A DNA stretch of 58,634 nt, filler included, from Diploschistes diacapsis (taxonomy: Eukaryota): the NCBI GenBank assembly GCA_023645945.1. It is 7 parts of 7 records of this genome, joined end to end, with 100 filler letters (N's around TTAATTAATTAA, not from the genome) between each part and the next. Parts side by side here need not be neighbours in the genome. Positions count along the whole stretch, not along the records: positions 33,594 to 41,881 come from JALAIB010001174.1; positions 41,982 to 50,261 come from JALAIB010001175.1; 5 more parts are not named here. The stretch is one strand, 5' to 3'. Each line of letters opens with the position of its first letter. Positions within the stretch are counted from its first letter, which is position 1. The translations under genes and the position numbers were made by a program. Below, piece by piece: positions 37,668 to 48,966 of this stretch. The notes under the pieces are model-generated. The model saw only the letters and a program-made list of their open reading frames with translations, did not search any database and was not told the origin of the DNA.

Positions 37668-39101
37668 ATGGCTCCTACTAAGACCCATTCTGTCACAATC
37701 ACCTTTGCAGGAAATGATCTGCATCCACCAGTCTTCGTTGCAGGTTCCTTCACCAACCCACCATGGCGTCCGGAAGTGATGGAAGCAGTCCTGCCGGAAC
37801 ATCGTCAAAAAGATTATGGCCAGCAGCATGTATATTCCAAGACCTTTGGTGTTCCAGAAGGTCGTTGGGAATACAAGTTCCGACTTGGTCAAGGCTCGTG
37901 GTGGGTGTGTGATGAAAAGGAAGAGACTGGTAAGCACTTTGGCACTTTTGTTTGATCTAAGTATTTACACTCTACATCAAGTTCAAGACAAACATGGAAA
38001 CGTTAACAACCTCCTCATCGTCGGAGCAGAGAGAGGTACAGGCCCAGCAGAGCCGCGTACGCCCTCCCCACAAAAAAAGCATGCCACTCCCATGACTGCC
38101 ATCGACAAAGTCCACGAGGACGAGTTTCAAGATGACGAGAAATACGAAGACTCGCCACTCATGTCCCATGAGAAGCCCTCTCTCATGACCGCTGGTGGGC
38201 TGGAAGTGGACCCAGGTTATCATGGACGACGTACCAGTCTCGGAGCGACTATCAACCGCGTACACACATTCATTCCTCCAGAGCCCACCCACGAAGACCT
38301 GAAGGACCCCGAGCTCGAAGAGTTCCCAGGGAACAAGTCCGGAATCCTTCACCGCATGTACACCCTGCGTCAAGAACTCCCAATCGACGACTCCTCCCAC
38401 CTCGACAACAACAACGGAACAGACCCAATGGCATACCACCTCACCCGCTCACTCGAGCACCTATCATCCAGCATCAAACCCCCCATCATAGCCCATATAG
38501 AACGAGCCAGTCCCAAGGGCACTAGCAGCGAATCCAGCCCCACCGGTAAGTTTTCCTTGAACTCTTCTCGCACAACTTCCCCATACTGACTACACCTGTG
38601 GAGGACAAGACTCACTGGATGGCACAGTGGAAAATGCAGCAGTTCAGCTTCCACAAAGACGCAGACCACAACAGCAGCAACAGCAGCAGCCTCGCACGAA
38701 CCCCAAGACTACCCTTCTCTGCATGTCATCGCCGGCAGATGGCCTATACGGCACCCTGAGACTCGCGGTCGGCGGCATCGACGGCACTCGCTCTAGCGGC
38801 ACGTGCACGCCCGTGGCCGTAGCCGCAATGGCGCAGTAAGTGTCTATCTTCTTTGTGGGCTACCCAGCAAGTGTCGGGGCCGTGTCATGCGAATAATGCT
38901 AGCACAGATGACGACCACAGCGGCGATGAGAGTGGCGAGAAGCGAGAGCGCGAGCCTAAGCTGGACCGGGCGGATGCTATTGGAAGCGGTAATAGGAGGA
39001 GTTCGTGGATCAACAGGCTGGCTGCTGGAGTGACTATGGCTTCTGTTTGCGTGCTGCTTGTTGGGGGGTGGCTTTATTTTACACGGGAAGTGAGACTGTG
39101 A
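37668..39101 (+). CDS. AMPK-beta-type glycogen-binding (CBM48-like) domain protein with C-terminal transmembrane segment; about 3 introns, junctions approximate
   Basis: VTITF....PPVFVAGSFTNPPW...EGRWEYKFRLGQGSWWVCDE / DKHGNVNNLLIV, and a final exon ending LAAGVTMASVCVLLVGGWLYF. Confidence 0.75.
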
Positions 39102-40216
39102 TGGCGGGCGTGCTGCTTGTCTGCTTTACTGGATGTGTTTTATGAGGGAAGACCTATTGGTGCAGGGCCAGGTGGAAGGTTTAGCTATGGCTAGGGCTGC
39201 TGGTGCAAGGTGCAAGGTGTTGTAGGATTAGTTCTTTATCTTATTCTTTGAGACGTGCTCTACCTAGGGATCAAATGAATCGAATCGAGATATTGTTTAC
39301 AATACAAGCGTTACTTAATCACACGCATGCTTTATAGTCCCGATATCGATGTCAGTATCGTTGAACGTACGTTCTATACCCTACCTAAATTAAGATGCGG
39401 ACGCCCCTACTTGGGGGACTTTGCAAGAGGGCAACAAGACCTTGCGGAACAGTCTCTCGGATAATATCACGTTGACCAATTGCCCACACCAGCTTCCAAG
39501 GTCTCCAGATCGTTTATGGCGGAGCCTCGAACAGTCGGACTGATAAATTCGAGGTGTCCAATACTCAGGGCCTTGGTATTGCTGTTGCCGTCGCGGCAGT
39601 TTCCTTTGTTCATGCAGAATCGAACTTTGACCCGAACTTTTTTTTCCCAGAGTGAAACTTTTTTTCCTGAGCCCATGTATGTTGGGCTTAGATGTCTAGT
39701 AGCTCGCAACTGAAGGGGGCAAGAATCTGCCTTTGGATTTGACCGACTGCTTTGGCGGTTTGTGATTTAGGGCTTAAGCCTCGTACAAGGGCCTTCCCTG
39801 TTCGACTCGAGGCAGAAATGGGTTTTTGGATGACCTGGTGATTCTGGGGATGTAAGGCCAAGGAGTCCGGTACAGAACCGTCTGAGCAGATTTGTCCATT
39901 GCTATCCTCGCTGTTCGGTCTCAGCCGAACCGGTAGCACATGAAGTGGGATAAGCGGCTAATGGCTTCTCTTGCACTAGTTAATAGCTCCCGTATAGAAA
40001 AGACTGTTGTGTCGTTTAAGCTTCAATCTGCCCAACAATCAAGGGGCCTGAGGATTGTAAGAAAGCGCAAGTGTTAGGTTCCTTTGCTGGCAGCACGCAC
40101 TGAGGTTCCGCAATTGGCATGCACCTCACCACAATCCTTGGTGCGCGTGCCCATTTCCCATCAGTAGAGACCAGACGACTGCAGCTATTTGGCGGGGAGG
40201 GCTCAAGCCTTCTTAA

Positions 40217-41167
40217 CTACCCGTACTTCCGCCATATGGTTTGTTGCCCGCTCGACATGGGCCTTCCCGGTAAGATCTCACGGAGTAGTTCATTGACACC
40301 CTTGCCCTGCCCCCTTGCAGCATCCCACTGCTTCGGATAGCCAAGGCTGACTTCTTCGAACCTGCATCCATCGATCAAGTCACTTCGTCTTACGTGCAAG
40401 TGTCCCGTAACAACGACCGTAGCACCAGGGTTTCCGGGTCCGAAGCGTTCGCTACGATGCCAGTCCTTGGTCCGCTTCGTGCCGCACCAGAGCGAAAACC
40501 GCGGTACGAGCGGTATATACACCAAGTCTTCCCTCAACGGCCAATGATTCACCACCACGAACGGTGTGTCCGGATACTGCTCGGTGTACTTGTGGAACTT
40601 TCCCTCCCACTTCTCGCACAACGCGTCACACCACGCCTCACGCGACCCGAACGGGTCCGCGTGTAAGAGTGCCTCGTCCGTGGCCTGAATGTCCTCCTCC
40701 AGCGCCCACGCCAGGGCCTCATCCTTTGTGGCGAGGTGCGCAGGCCTGAAAGAGTAGTCATAAAGCGTAAAGCACAGGGCGATGATCACCCCTTCTCCAT
40801 TTCCCTTCCCCTCCGTTTCCGCTGCAGGTGGGTGCCACACCATCCACGGATCCTCAGGCGTAAGAACACCATACGTGCGGGCGATATCCACGAAAGCAAG
40901 ATACTTTGCCTCTCCCCGCAGTGCATCCGAAGTTCCCGCCTTTGCGGACGGAACGGTGTACAGTTCGTGATTACCGGGCACCCAGAAGACGTGCGTGAAG
41001 CGGGCCTTGGCTTTGGTGAACGCCGCCCGGAGATGGTCGCTCGTTTCGCCTATGTCGCCGGCAAGGATAAGACCCGAGCCAGGGGGGTAGGGGTGTAGTT
41101 TCTCCCATTCGGAAGCGTTTAGCTTGTGGCCTAGATGGAGGTCTGCGAGAGCATAGAGCTTGGCCAT
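40217..41167 (-). CDS. Calcineurin-like metallophosphoesterase resembling mycobacterial PptH (Rv2795c) family
   Basis: Intronless 316 aa with metal motifs DLH, AGD, GNHE, NH and GHLH, plus blocks LYDYSF, ATDE, REAWC, FSLWCGT..TKDWH and RFEEVSLGYP.QW. Confidence 0.88.
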   Translation of the reverse strand: MAKLYALADLHLGHKLNASEWEKLHPYPPGSGLILAGDIGETSDHLRAAFTKAKARFTHVFWVPGNHELYTVPSAKAGTSDALRGEAKYLAFVDIARTYGVLTPEDPWMVWHPPAAETEGKGNGEGVIIALCFTLYDYSFRPAHLATKDEALAWALEEDIQATDEALLHADPFGSREAWCDALCEKWEGKFHKYTEQYPDTPFVVVNHWPLREDLVYIPLVPRFSLWCGTKRTKDWHRSERFGPGNPGATVVVTGHLHVRRSDLIDGCRFEEVSLGYPKQWDAARGQGKGVNELLREILPGRPMSSGQQTIWRKYG

Positions 41168-41351
41168 TGCTTGCTGGCGGGCGCGTATATTCTATGGAAG
41201 AAATCAGGGCTCTATGGGGAGTCAATGCCGCCAAGACGAGGTCATACGATGAGGACTAGAAAGGCTGGATTGGCAGCACATGCGAGACTTTGGGGTGCCG
41301 TTATTCTGACCGAAATAAAGATCACGAAAAGTTTTTCAAGCCAAAAAAAAT

Positions 41352-41557
41352 TGGTGGCGAAACTGCCTGTTTCGCGGGTTTCGCGGGTTTCGCCATGTTT
41401 TGCCAAACGTTTTAGCGAAACGTGGCGAAACCCGCGAGGCCAATTATCAGAATACTAACCTAAATAGTTTAGTAAGATTGCTTATTAAGTTTTTAACATG
41501 TTTAAATATTTTAGAAGGTTTTAGAAGGTTCTAAAAGGTTCTAGAATATTCTAGAAC
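41352..41557. repeat. Repeat-derived array: GTTTCGC/GCGAAAC inverted and tandem motifs followed by TTCTAGAA-type repeats
   Basis: GGCGAAAC..GTTTCGCGGGTTTCGCGGGTTTCGCC..GCGAAACGTGGCGAAACCCGCG, then TTTTAGAAGGTTTTAGAAGGTTCTAAAAGGTTCTAGAATATTCTAGAA. Confidence 0.55.
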
Positions 41558-41560
41558 ATA

Positions 41561-41666
41561 CAGTATTAGGCCAAAAGTAGTTAGGTACACTATAAGCGGC
41601 AGTAAATAAACAGTTAACTCTTTACTGCCGCTTATGGTGTACTTAACTACTTTTGGCACCTGACTG
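41561..41666. mobile_element. Tc1/mariner-type miniature foldback element (106 bp, TA-flanked)
   Basis: TA|CAGTATTAGGCCAAAAGTAGTTAGGTACACTATAAGCGGCAGTAAA, a 14-bp spacer, then TTTACTGCCGCTTATGGTGTACTTAACTACTTTTGGCACCTGACTG|TA. Confidence 0.82.
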
Positions 41667-41714
41667 TAATAGAATAACATCGAAGATTATAAAATATTAT
41701 TGAATAACATGGAT

Positions 41715-41881
41715 GCATAGTGAGTGGGCCAGCATAGTGAGTGGGCCACTTTTGCCAAGAAATAGTTTAAATCTTCAATAATTCTTCGAAATTAATCGTT
41801 ATTTTTATTTTTGTTTCAAAATATTACTTTTCAATCAATTACCTATCAACAATAAAAAGTGCATATTGATTACGTCATTAG
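41715..41881. mobile_element. Probable DNA transposon end with 17-bp tandem repeat, AT-rich, truncated
   Basis: GCATAGTGAGTGGGCCA x2 (41715-41748) followed by AT-rich DNA up to the contig end. Confidence 0.45.
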
Positions 41882-41981
41882 NNNNNNNNNNNNNNNNNNN
41901 NNNNNNNNNNNNNNNNNNNNNNNNNTTAATTAATTAANNNNNNNNNNNNNNNNNNNNNNNNNNNNNNNNNNNNNNNNNNNN
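41882..41981. other. Artificial contig linker
   Basis: 44 N + TTAATTAATTAA + 44 N. Confidence 0.99.
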
Positions 41982-42180
41982 CATTTATAGAAATACGTAG
42001 AACTATATAGAATTAAATATAAAAAGAGTACAATTTTATTATTATCGTGCCTATAATGACTTATAAAGTAAATTATATAGCCATAAAGACTATATAACAA
42101 AAAGAAATAGATATTAAAGTATTAAAAAATGCTTAAAATGTTTTAAAAATAACTTAAAAGCGTGTTTTTGGGCCCTTTAT

Positions 42181-42816
42181 AACCTTTTTTATGCCGTGCT
42201 TCTTCTCTTCCGCCCATTATGCCTCTTTTCGTTCTATTATTACGCCGCCTACGTCCCTGCGGATCGCGATAGTTATATCACAGGCCACGCGATCCCGCGT
42301 TATCTTCTTTTTCTTTATATCGACATTACGCGTAATAGGTCTCGATTCGGCATCGCCGTTGCGTTAATGGCGGTAACGATATTACGTGATGCTTCTAGAC
42401 GTCCTGTTGGACGTCCAGAAATTATTCACGTATGGTTAAAACGCGTTAAAATCCGCCACGGTCACCCGCAGGGTGTCCGCGACGGCAAAGAGACGCGTTT
42501 TTCACGTCGGGAGGTCCGCAGGGAAACTGTAAAGCCTTCCCGCAGCAGATAGCGGCGGCAAAGGGAGGCGAGGGCGAGCGGGCGCGACGAGCGCGGCGAG
42601 CGCGGCGAGGGCAGGCGAGGTAGTGGCGGTGGGAGGAGCGGAGGGAGGAGCGGAGGAGGGAGCGACATCTTTACGGCCTAGGGCAGCGGCGAGGGTGTCG
42701 TAAAACATGCGGTCTTCAAGACCCAGCTCGTCGTCGTTGTCGACATCGGCGACCACGTCAAACGTGACCGCATCGGCGGCAGGGGGCGCAGGGCGAGTAG
42801 GCAAGAGAGCATCCAT
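42181..42816 (-). pseudogene. RIP-inactivated WRKY/GCM1-like (Mutator/MULE-associated) domain gene, probably a transposon relic
   Basis: Reading through stops in one frame gives FPADLPT*KTRLFAVADTLRVTVADFNAF*PYVNNFWTS...T*YRYRH*RNG...KKKKITRDRVACDITI...VIIER. Every stop is explicable by TGG/CAA transitions, and the region grades into AT-rich DNA. Confidence 0.65.
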
Positions 42817-43165
42817 TATATCTAAAAAATAATTAGAAAGATAAGATCAAAAACAACAAAAAAAGCATGTAAGTCGCGCAAAAAGTAAACAAATGTGGCT
42901 GGGGAGGGGGATGATTCCACAGGTACTTGTGGCTGCAGACAAATTTGGGTGATTGAGAAAGTATCTGTAGAACCATGGTACTCATCTTGTAATTTATGTG
43001 TACAGTAGGCAGAATAGCACTTGCCGGTTCTGGCCACTTCAATAAAACGACCTACAGCTTCGCTTCGAATTCTGATTAGGCCCATAAACGGTTACACAGC
43101 ATTAAGACAGCAAATATAGGACGTAACGTCCCATATGTATCTTACGTAGCTTTCTTTGAAATGTC

Positions 43166-44506
43166 CTAAGCATACAGACTCGTGATCTTACTCGCCCCAT
43201 CCGGCAGCTTACACCTCAACACCGCCCCCGGATACAGCCTCCCGTCCACGCCGTCGTTCCAATCTGGCTGGTACGGCAGTTGGTTGATGTTCATGTATAT
43301 GTATCCATCTGCCCCCACGCTCGCACCGTCAGGCCAAATGATCCTGGGGTCCCTAACGAACGGCAGCGTCTGCGCCTGCGCTTGGTCATAGTAGTAGAGC
43401 GCGTTTTGCTCCGGTATCAACTGGTATATCCTTCCCTGATCATCGCCCTCGAAACCGTTCGCGTTGCCCCCGCGCTGGCCATGATTCGACACGTTCGCGT
43501 GAGCCTGCAACTCGGCGAGCGGGTTGGTATCTCGCTCGCGGAGGTTCGCGGTTGGGATGCTGTACAGGTAGTTCTGGGTAAGGGGAGAGTAGTACATTGT
43601 CTCGCCGTCGGGCGTGAGTTGGATGCCGTCCAGGCCTTCAAGCTGCCAGCCGATTGCCATGCCCTTTTGGCGGAGGTAGAAGGGTCGACCTTGGTAGGAG
43701 GGGACGTCGTTCGCGCCGCGTAACACCGAACTATCCTCGTCAAGACGCCGCCAAGACTCACCGGTGCCGAGGTCAAGCATGATGAAGCCAGGTCGGCCTT
43801 CGTTGGAGCTATCGACTAAATATGCGATTCCTTTGCCGGAGGTACCCGAGACATTCGCCCGCAGATCGAAGCGCAGGTCATTGAGATAGCTGTCTGGGTA
43901 GTGCACGCTCGCAGGAAAGGTGTATGTGGCATAGATGGAGTCGTTGGCGATGGAGATTCCCACAAGCTTTGGCCCACCAGGTTGTGCATAAGGCATTGAG
44001 GGGTTGCCCTGTCCATTGTGTACGGTTGGTCTGCCCGTGTCAAGAACCCAGAGAGTTTCTGGCCTTGTGCTGGTCTTCGAGGTGATGTACACCGCCTGGA
44101 CTGAAATGAAGCCTGAGCTGTTGGAAGAGCCGAATGGGATATCGTTGAAGCTTGTGTTCAGCTGGGAAACGGGAAGGTTGAGGCCGAGCGAAGGGTACGG
44201 TGCTTCGGCCGTTTCGTTTATGACGACGCCAAGGGTATAGCGGTAGGACCCCCTGGTGTATGTGGTAAAGATGCGGCCGTCGGAGGCTACAGCAATCCCA
44301 ATCGGCCATTGGTCATAGTCTGCAAGTCTTGGTCAGATGCTCCGATCAAGGACGGATGCCAGTATCTTACAGTAGTGGACCTCTTCGAGTTCCGGCCCGT
44401 AAGTGCCATTGTCAATCCTTAGTCTCGTTCCAGAACTATTCTGGAAGGTAACCTGAGCAAGCGCGCTCGCTGCGCAGGTTATGAGTGCTGTAAACTTAAG
44501 TAACAT
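43166..44506 (-). CDS. Secreted yellow/major royal jelly protein (MRJP) family beta-propeller
   Basis: Signal peptide MLLKFTALITCAASALAQ, intron 44370-44320, then YDQWPIGIAVASDGRIF, LWVLDTG, YLNDLRFD, GLDGIQL and DPRIIWPD. Confidence 0.92.
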
Positions 44507-44887
44507 CCTTAACGCAGCTAAAGCTTTTGAAAGAAGATGATAGTAAGAAGGGAGGAAGAAATAAATATGGTCCCTACCTTAGACGAATACCATTTCTCCC
44601 TAGCAATGAGGGGCACGCCGAATACAGAAGTTGGGATTTCATACTTCAGTAAGCTGTTCATGAATAGATGCATTGAGAGGTTCCACCAGAAGGTGTGGTG
44701 AAGTCACTTCACCGGCAATTCTGCGGGGGATGCAAGACTTTGGAGTATGACGTTCATCCATATGCATCTGTCCATTCCACTGCAAAAAGCTAACGCACTG
44801 TTCCAGCATGAATGTATGAGACGCAGGGGTTTGACAAGAAAGAGTTTGTTAAACGGCCACTATCGGCAGACTCAGCTGCGGAACTGT

Positions 44888-46194
44888 TCAAGCGTTCTTC
44901 TTTTCCGGAGGCTTCCGGCAAACGAACAGGTGGAGAGGAGTAAAGGTGCCCAATCGTCCTCCATCACGCATACCGAATACGCACTTCGAGACAGCATTAA
45001 GTGCCTCCATGCACCCCGGATGTTCAAGACCAAGGGCATGTAGTATCTTGGAGCGCCACCAGAGAATGCTGTACACCCACTCCTTCATCATAAAAGTCCG
45101 AACCCTGTCCATCCAGACTTCCGGATAACGCATATCTCCAGCTAGTGGATACCTATTCCATGATCAATAATACACTTCAGTCACTCTGATTCTTGAATCA
45201 AGGCTCACCACCAAGGAACGCTGTTCACTTTAGCAAGCGCTCTATCTTCGTCATGCAGCACATTCCAGCCCGTTGCCTTCAAGGTCTTCACGACTGTCCT
45301 GGCGTCCGAGTAATTCGGTACGCCGGCGCCATACTCAATTGTGCTGCGTATCTCCCGGTGCTCGGGGTTATCGTCATCGTACTTTGGCGTCATGATATGC
45401 TCGTAAAAGGCAAAGTAGCCTCCCGGCTTGAGTACGCGCTTGATCTCGTTATAGACGCCTGCCATGCTTGGCGCGTGGCAGAGCGCTTCCATGGCATACA
45501 CAACGTCAAAACTATCATCGGCGAAGGGCATTTTCTAGCATTTCGCAGGCACTTTAGTTCACAAACACTCGATTACCGAAGGGCGCAAGGAGTACGACAG
45601 GATATTTACCTACCATGAAATCTCCATGCACAAACTCCACCTCATCTGTCAGCTTCCACCAGCCACGCGAGTATCTCTTCGCCCGTTCCAGATGCATGCG
45701 ATTGATGTTGATGCCGGTCACGTGCGCTCCTGTGAAGATGGCAATCTCTCGCATGGGGCAGCCAATACCACAGCCGACATCAAGAACTTTCATGCCGGGC
45801 TTGATTCCTGTCATCAGGGCAAGATGATGCTCATGACGGGCCTGGGCACACTCCCAGGACTCGTGCGGTGCGAAGCCGCAGAAGTGAAACCTCGCCGCCC
45901 ATCCGCTTTGGTAGTGATCGGTTACTAGGTCGTAGAAGCTATACCACCGGTAAGCGTAGTATAAATCTTTGACATCTAGGGCACGCACGCATTTGCAATT
46001 TCGGTAGCATTTTCATGGCGCTTCTCGCGCTCCTCCTGGCTGACCTTTCTGAGATTTGTCTTTCCCCACAGGCTTCGGTACAGAGCGCCTGTGTCATGCT
46101 TTGGGGTAGTCATCTTCCGAGAGCATGCGCTTTCGCTGCGATCCAAACGAGGCATGAGAACCATCATCTCATACAGTGCCCGGAGGATGGTCAT
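44888..46194 (-). CDS. Sterol 24-C-methyltransferase-like protein (divergent ERG6/SMT paralog), 3 introns
   Basis: FYDLVTDHYQSGWAARFHFC, ARHEHHLA, VLDVGCGIGCPMREIA, MPFADDSFDVVYAMEALCHAP, RVLKPGGYF and FTPLHLFVCRKP. First intron 45988-45939. Confidence 0.88.
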
Positions 46195-48016
46195 TATACT
46201 GTAGGGTAGGGTTCTTTGTCGAACAAACTTAGTATTGTTTTGCTTTACGAAAGCAGCAACAAAACGGGATTCCCTTGCCACATAGTCTTCCGTATCATGA
46301 AAAAGTTACTCAATTCGCGCCGTTTAGTGGTAATATGCTGTCATAAGCGCCGTGGGTCTCCTCTGGCACTTTGAGGGTGAAATATCCGATCGATTGATGT
46401 GAGTGACAGAGCATTGTGTACTTGGATAGCTCGAATGGCACGTTTCATCGTTGGAAGGGACAGAGAAAGACAAGTATCATGTTATTCGGGTCTTAAAAGA
46501 CCACACCATTAGTCCGCAGCTGTGAAGTTTACTGAAGTTCATCGGAATCAGATAATTGAGGCTTCAAACACACGTATAGGCCAAGGAAGTTCAGAATAGG
46601 ACAACGGACTGAAGCACAGAAGAGTTGCTATACCACGTGACAATCCTGATACAGCTCAAAACTTATACAGACTGTGAAACCTGCCATGATATTGAGATGC
46701 CATCAGAGAGAGCTTAGGAAGTTTGCAGTCTTTTCAACAAAAACCACAACTTTCGTACCAGTCAGTCTTTAAAATGGTCTCAAGTAATGGAAGTACTACC
46801 TGTCGAACACGTAGTGGGTAGTTGCCGTATGGTACCCTTGAGAACGCAAGAGACAAAGGAGAGTATGGAGGCTAGACTACCATATCCTACAAGAGAGCCG
46901 CAAGCGGAGACGATTATCGTGTTGTCTAGTGCATTTAATGTAAAACCCCTCGTCACCTTAACAGCAAGTAGGGTCGAGGTTTTCATAGGACAATATTGCT
47001 CAAATGCTCTGGATATCAAATCGACTCTTCCAAAGGGCGTCAATCAGGAGTTTGGAGTGAATGTCTATCAAAATAAGAGCCAACGTGTGAACAATGACTG
47101 AATGGTTATTCACTCGATTACGCTTTCGTTGGAAAGCAGTTATAGCGATTGGACGAGTCCCATCTATTAAGCGATGATCGCCCTCGAACACCCGCCACGT
47201 ACACTTGTGGACCAAAAGTTTTGGCCCGCAGATTGTAGTGTTTCTGTTTCGGTAAAGCCACTTTGGAGCCCAAGCAGTATATATTCTCCATAAGAGCCTT
47301 AGGGATGCTTCTGATCGAGTGGATAATTATACTGAATGGTCCGGGGAGAGCTCCAAATATCTTGAATTTGTTTACCTAGTTGATCTAAAGCATCCTTTAA
47401 GCTCTTGTGCGAGTATAATGGTGACAGAGATATCTGATGTGGAAATTGCTATTAACATCGCCTGCTGGGGCGTTAACATCGGTAGTCGAATGACAAGTAA
47501 GTACGCACTCCATAGGCCGTTCTGCAGTCTTCATACCTAGATTTCCCATTAAGCAAATGTTGTTCGGGATTGGGTTCAGGATCTCATGCGAAGTAACTTT
47601 GGAAAAGTGCGGACCTCCTACGCGTGCGAAGGAGACCTGGACAGACTATGCAGAAAATAAAGCTTTTGACATGCCGCTTTCAACTTTCTTCTCCCTTGAC
47701 TTTAATCAGTTTTCAGTGAACGGCGATATATTGGTGGTAACAAGCATGGATGCATTCACAGAATCGATCACCTCTCCGCTTGCCCCCGAAGCACACAGAC
47801 CTCGCTTCAAGGGATCTACATCTTCTCAGCTCCAGCTGACAGTACTTTAAACTTCCTAGCCGATTGTGCTTTGGACAAGATGTTAGCACCAGCTATGACC
47901 AACGCAAGACGGAAACTTCCGAGACAGGTGCACACAATCCCTCGTAGGAGTATCATTTCCCAAGTTCCATTTGATTTTCGGTCAGAACATGTAGAGAAAC
48001 ATAAAAAATGGCTCTA

Positions 48017-48966
48017 TCAGAATGCCTTAACATTTTGCGCTCGAGCTGACTTCTTCGGCCTTACCATCCAGAAGAAGGTTTGCTTCATCTGGACGAGATG
48101 CCTGAACTGGTCGGGCGGTTCCATCGTAACAAACTGCTGGTTCACGAAACCGCAGGTCTCGTAGAGGTGGCGGCCTTGGACTGAGGCTTCAACTACTGCC
48201 TGCGACTGTGGTCAAACCAGACACGATAGACGAGCGGCTTACTGGTGTTATGAGTACAGGAAGAGGCCATCGTCCTGGGCATTCCTTGTAGCCGTCTTAA
48301 CAGAGGCAGCTTACCTCGACGTCCATGCTATCTGCTATATTGCAACCCCATTCCACTAGCATTCTGCCAGCGCCGCGATACTGGTGCTTTGGATCTACGG
48401 ATAAGATGTCGAGCGCTGAGTAATGAACGTTAACCAAGTAGACTACCTCGTGCAGCTTGGGTGGGGAAAACAAGGCTTCAAAAGGAACTCAGTGTGGTTG
48501 TAGCAGATACAGACTGCAAGGAGCGACTGAAGGATCTTTAAGAGTGTAGAAGCAAGGAACGGCCATACTCACAAACAACATGGCCATTTGACCCTCTAAT
48601 CGCCTTCCTCCTTCCTTCCAGATACAGATTGAACAAAGCATCCGCATACTGAGCCTGTTCCTCCGTCTCCCAGAACTCCGTCGTTCCCAAACCCTCTTCC
48701 GGCGGGATAATTCCATCATATATGTTCCACTTTGCGGCTCCGATCATCTCTCCCGTCGCGGTATCCGTAACCTTCAACAAGGTTGTGCTTGGATCATTGT
48801 GCTTGAAGCCGAGAAAACGGCAGGCGCCGACCGCGCGGCCGGAGGGAGAGGTGTGCTTAGGGAATACCACGTTGAAGTATTCGTGCTCGGTGCCAAAGCC
48901 ATCGCTGGTGATGGCGAAGAAGCGGGGCATATCCTCGTCGGTGCAGAGGGAAAGGGAGAGAGCCAT
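48017..48966 (-). CDS. GNAT-family N-acetyltransferase
   Basis: Introns 48572-48416 and 48314-48200 splice to give LKVTDTATGEMIGAAKW...LDILSVDPKHQYRGAGRMLVEWG...VEASVQGRHLYETCGF. Confidence 0.9.

Noticed and set aside
40217..48966. A biosynthetic cluster made of PptH-like hydrolase, MRJP, methyltransferase and GNAT
   Set aside because: A linker at 41882-41981 separates the hydrolase from the other genes, so the adjacency is artificial.
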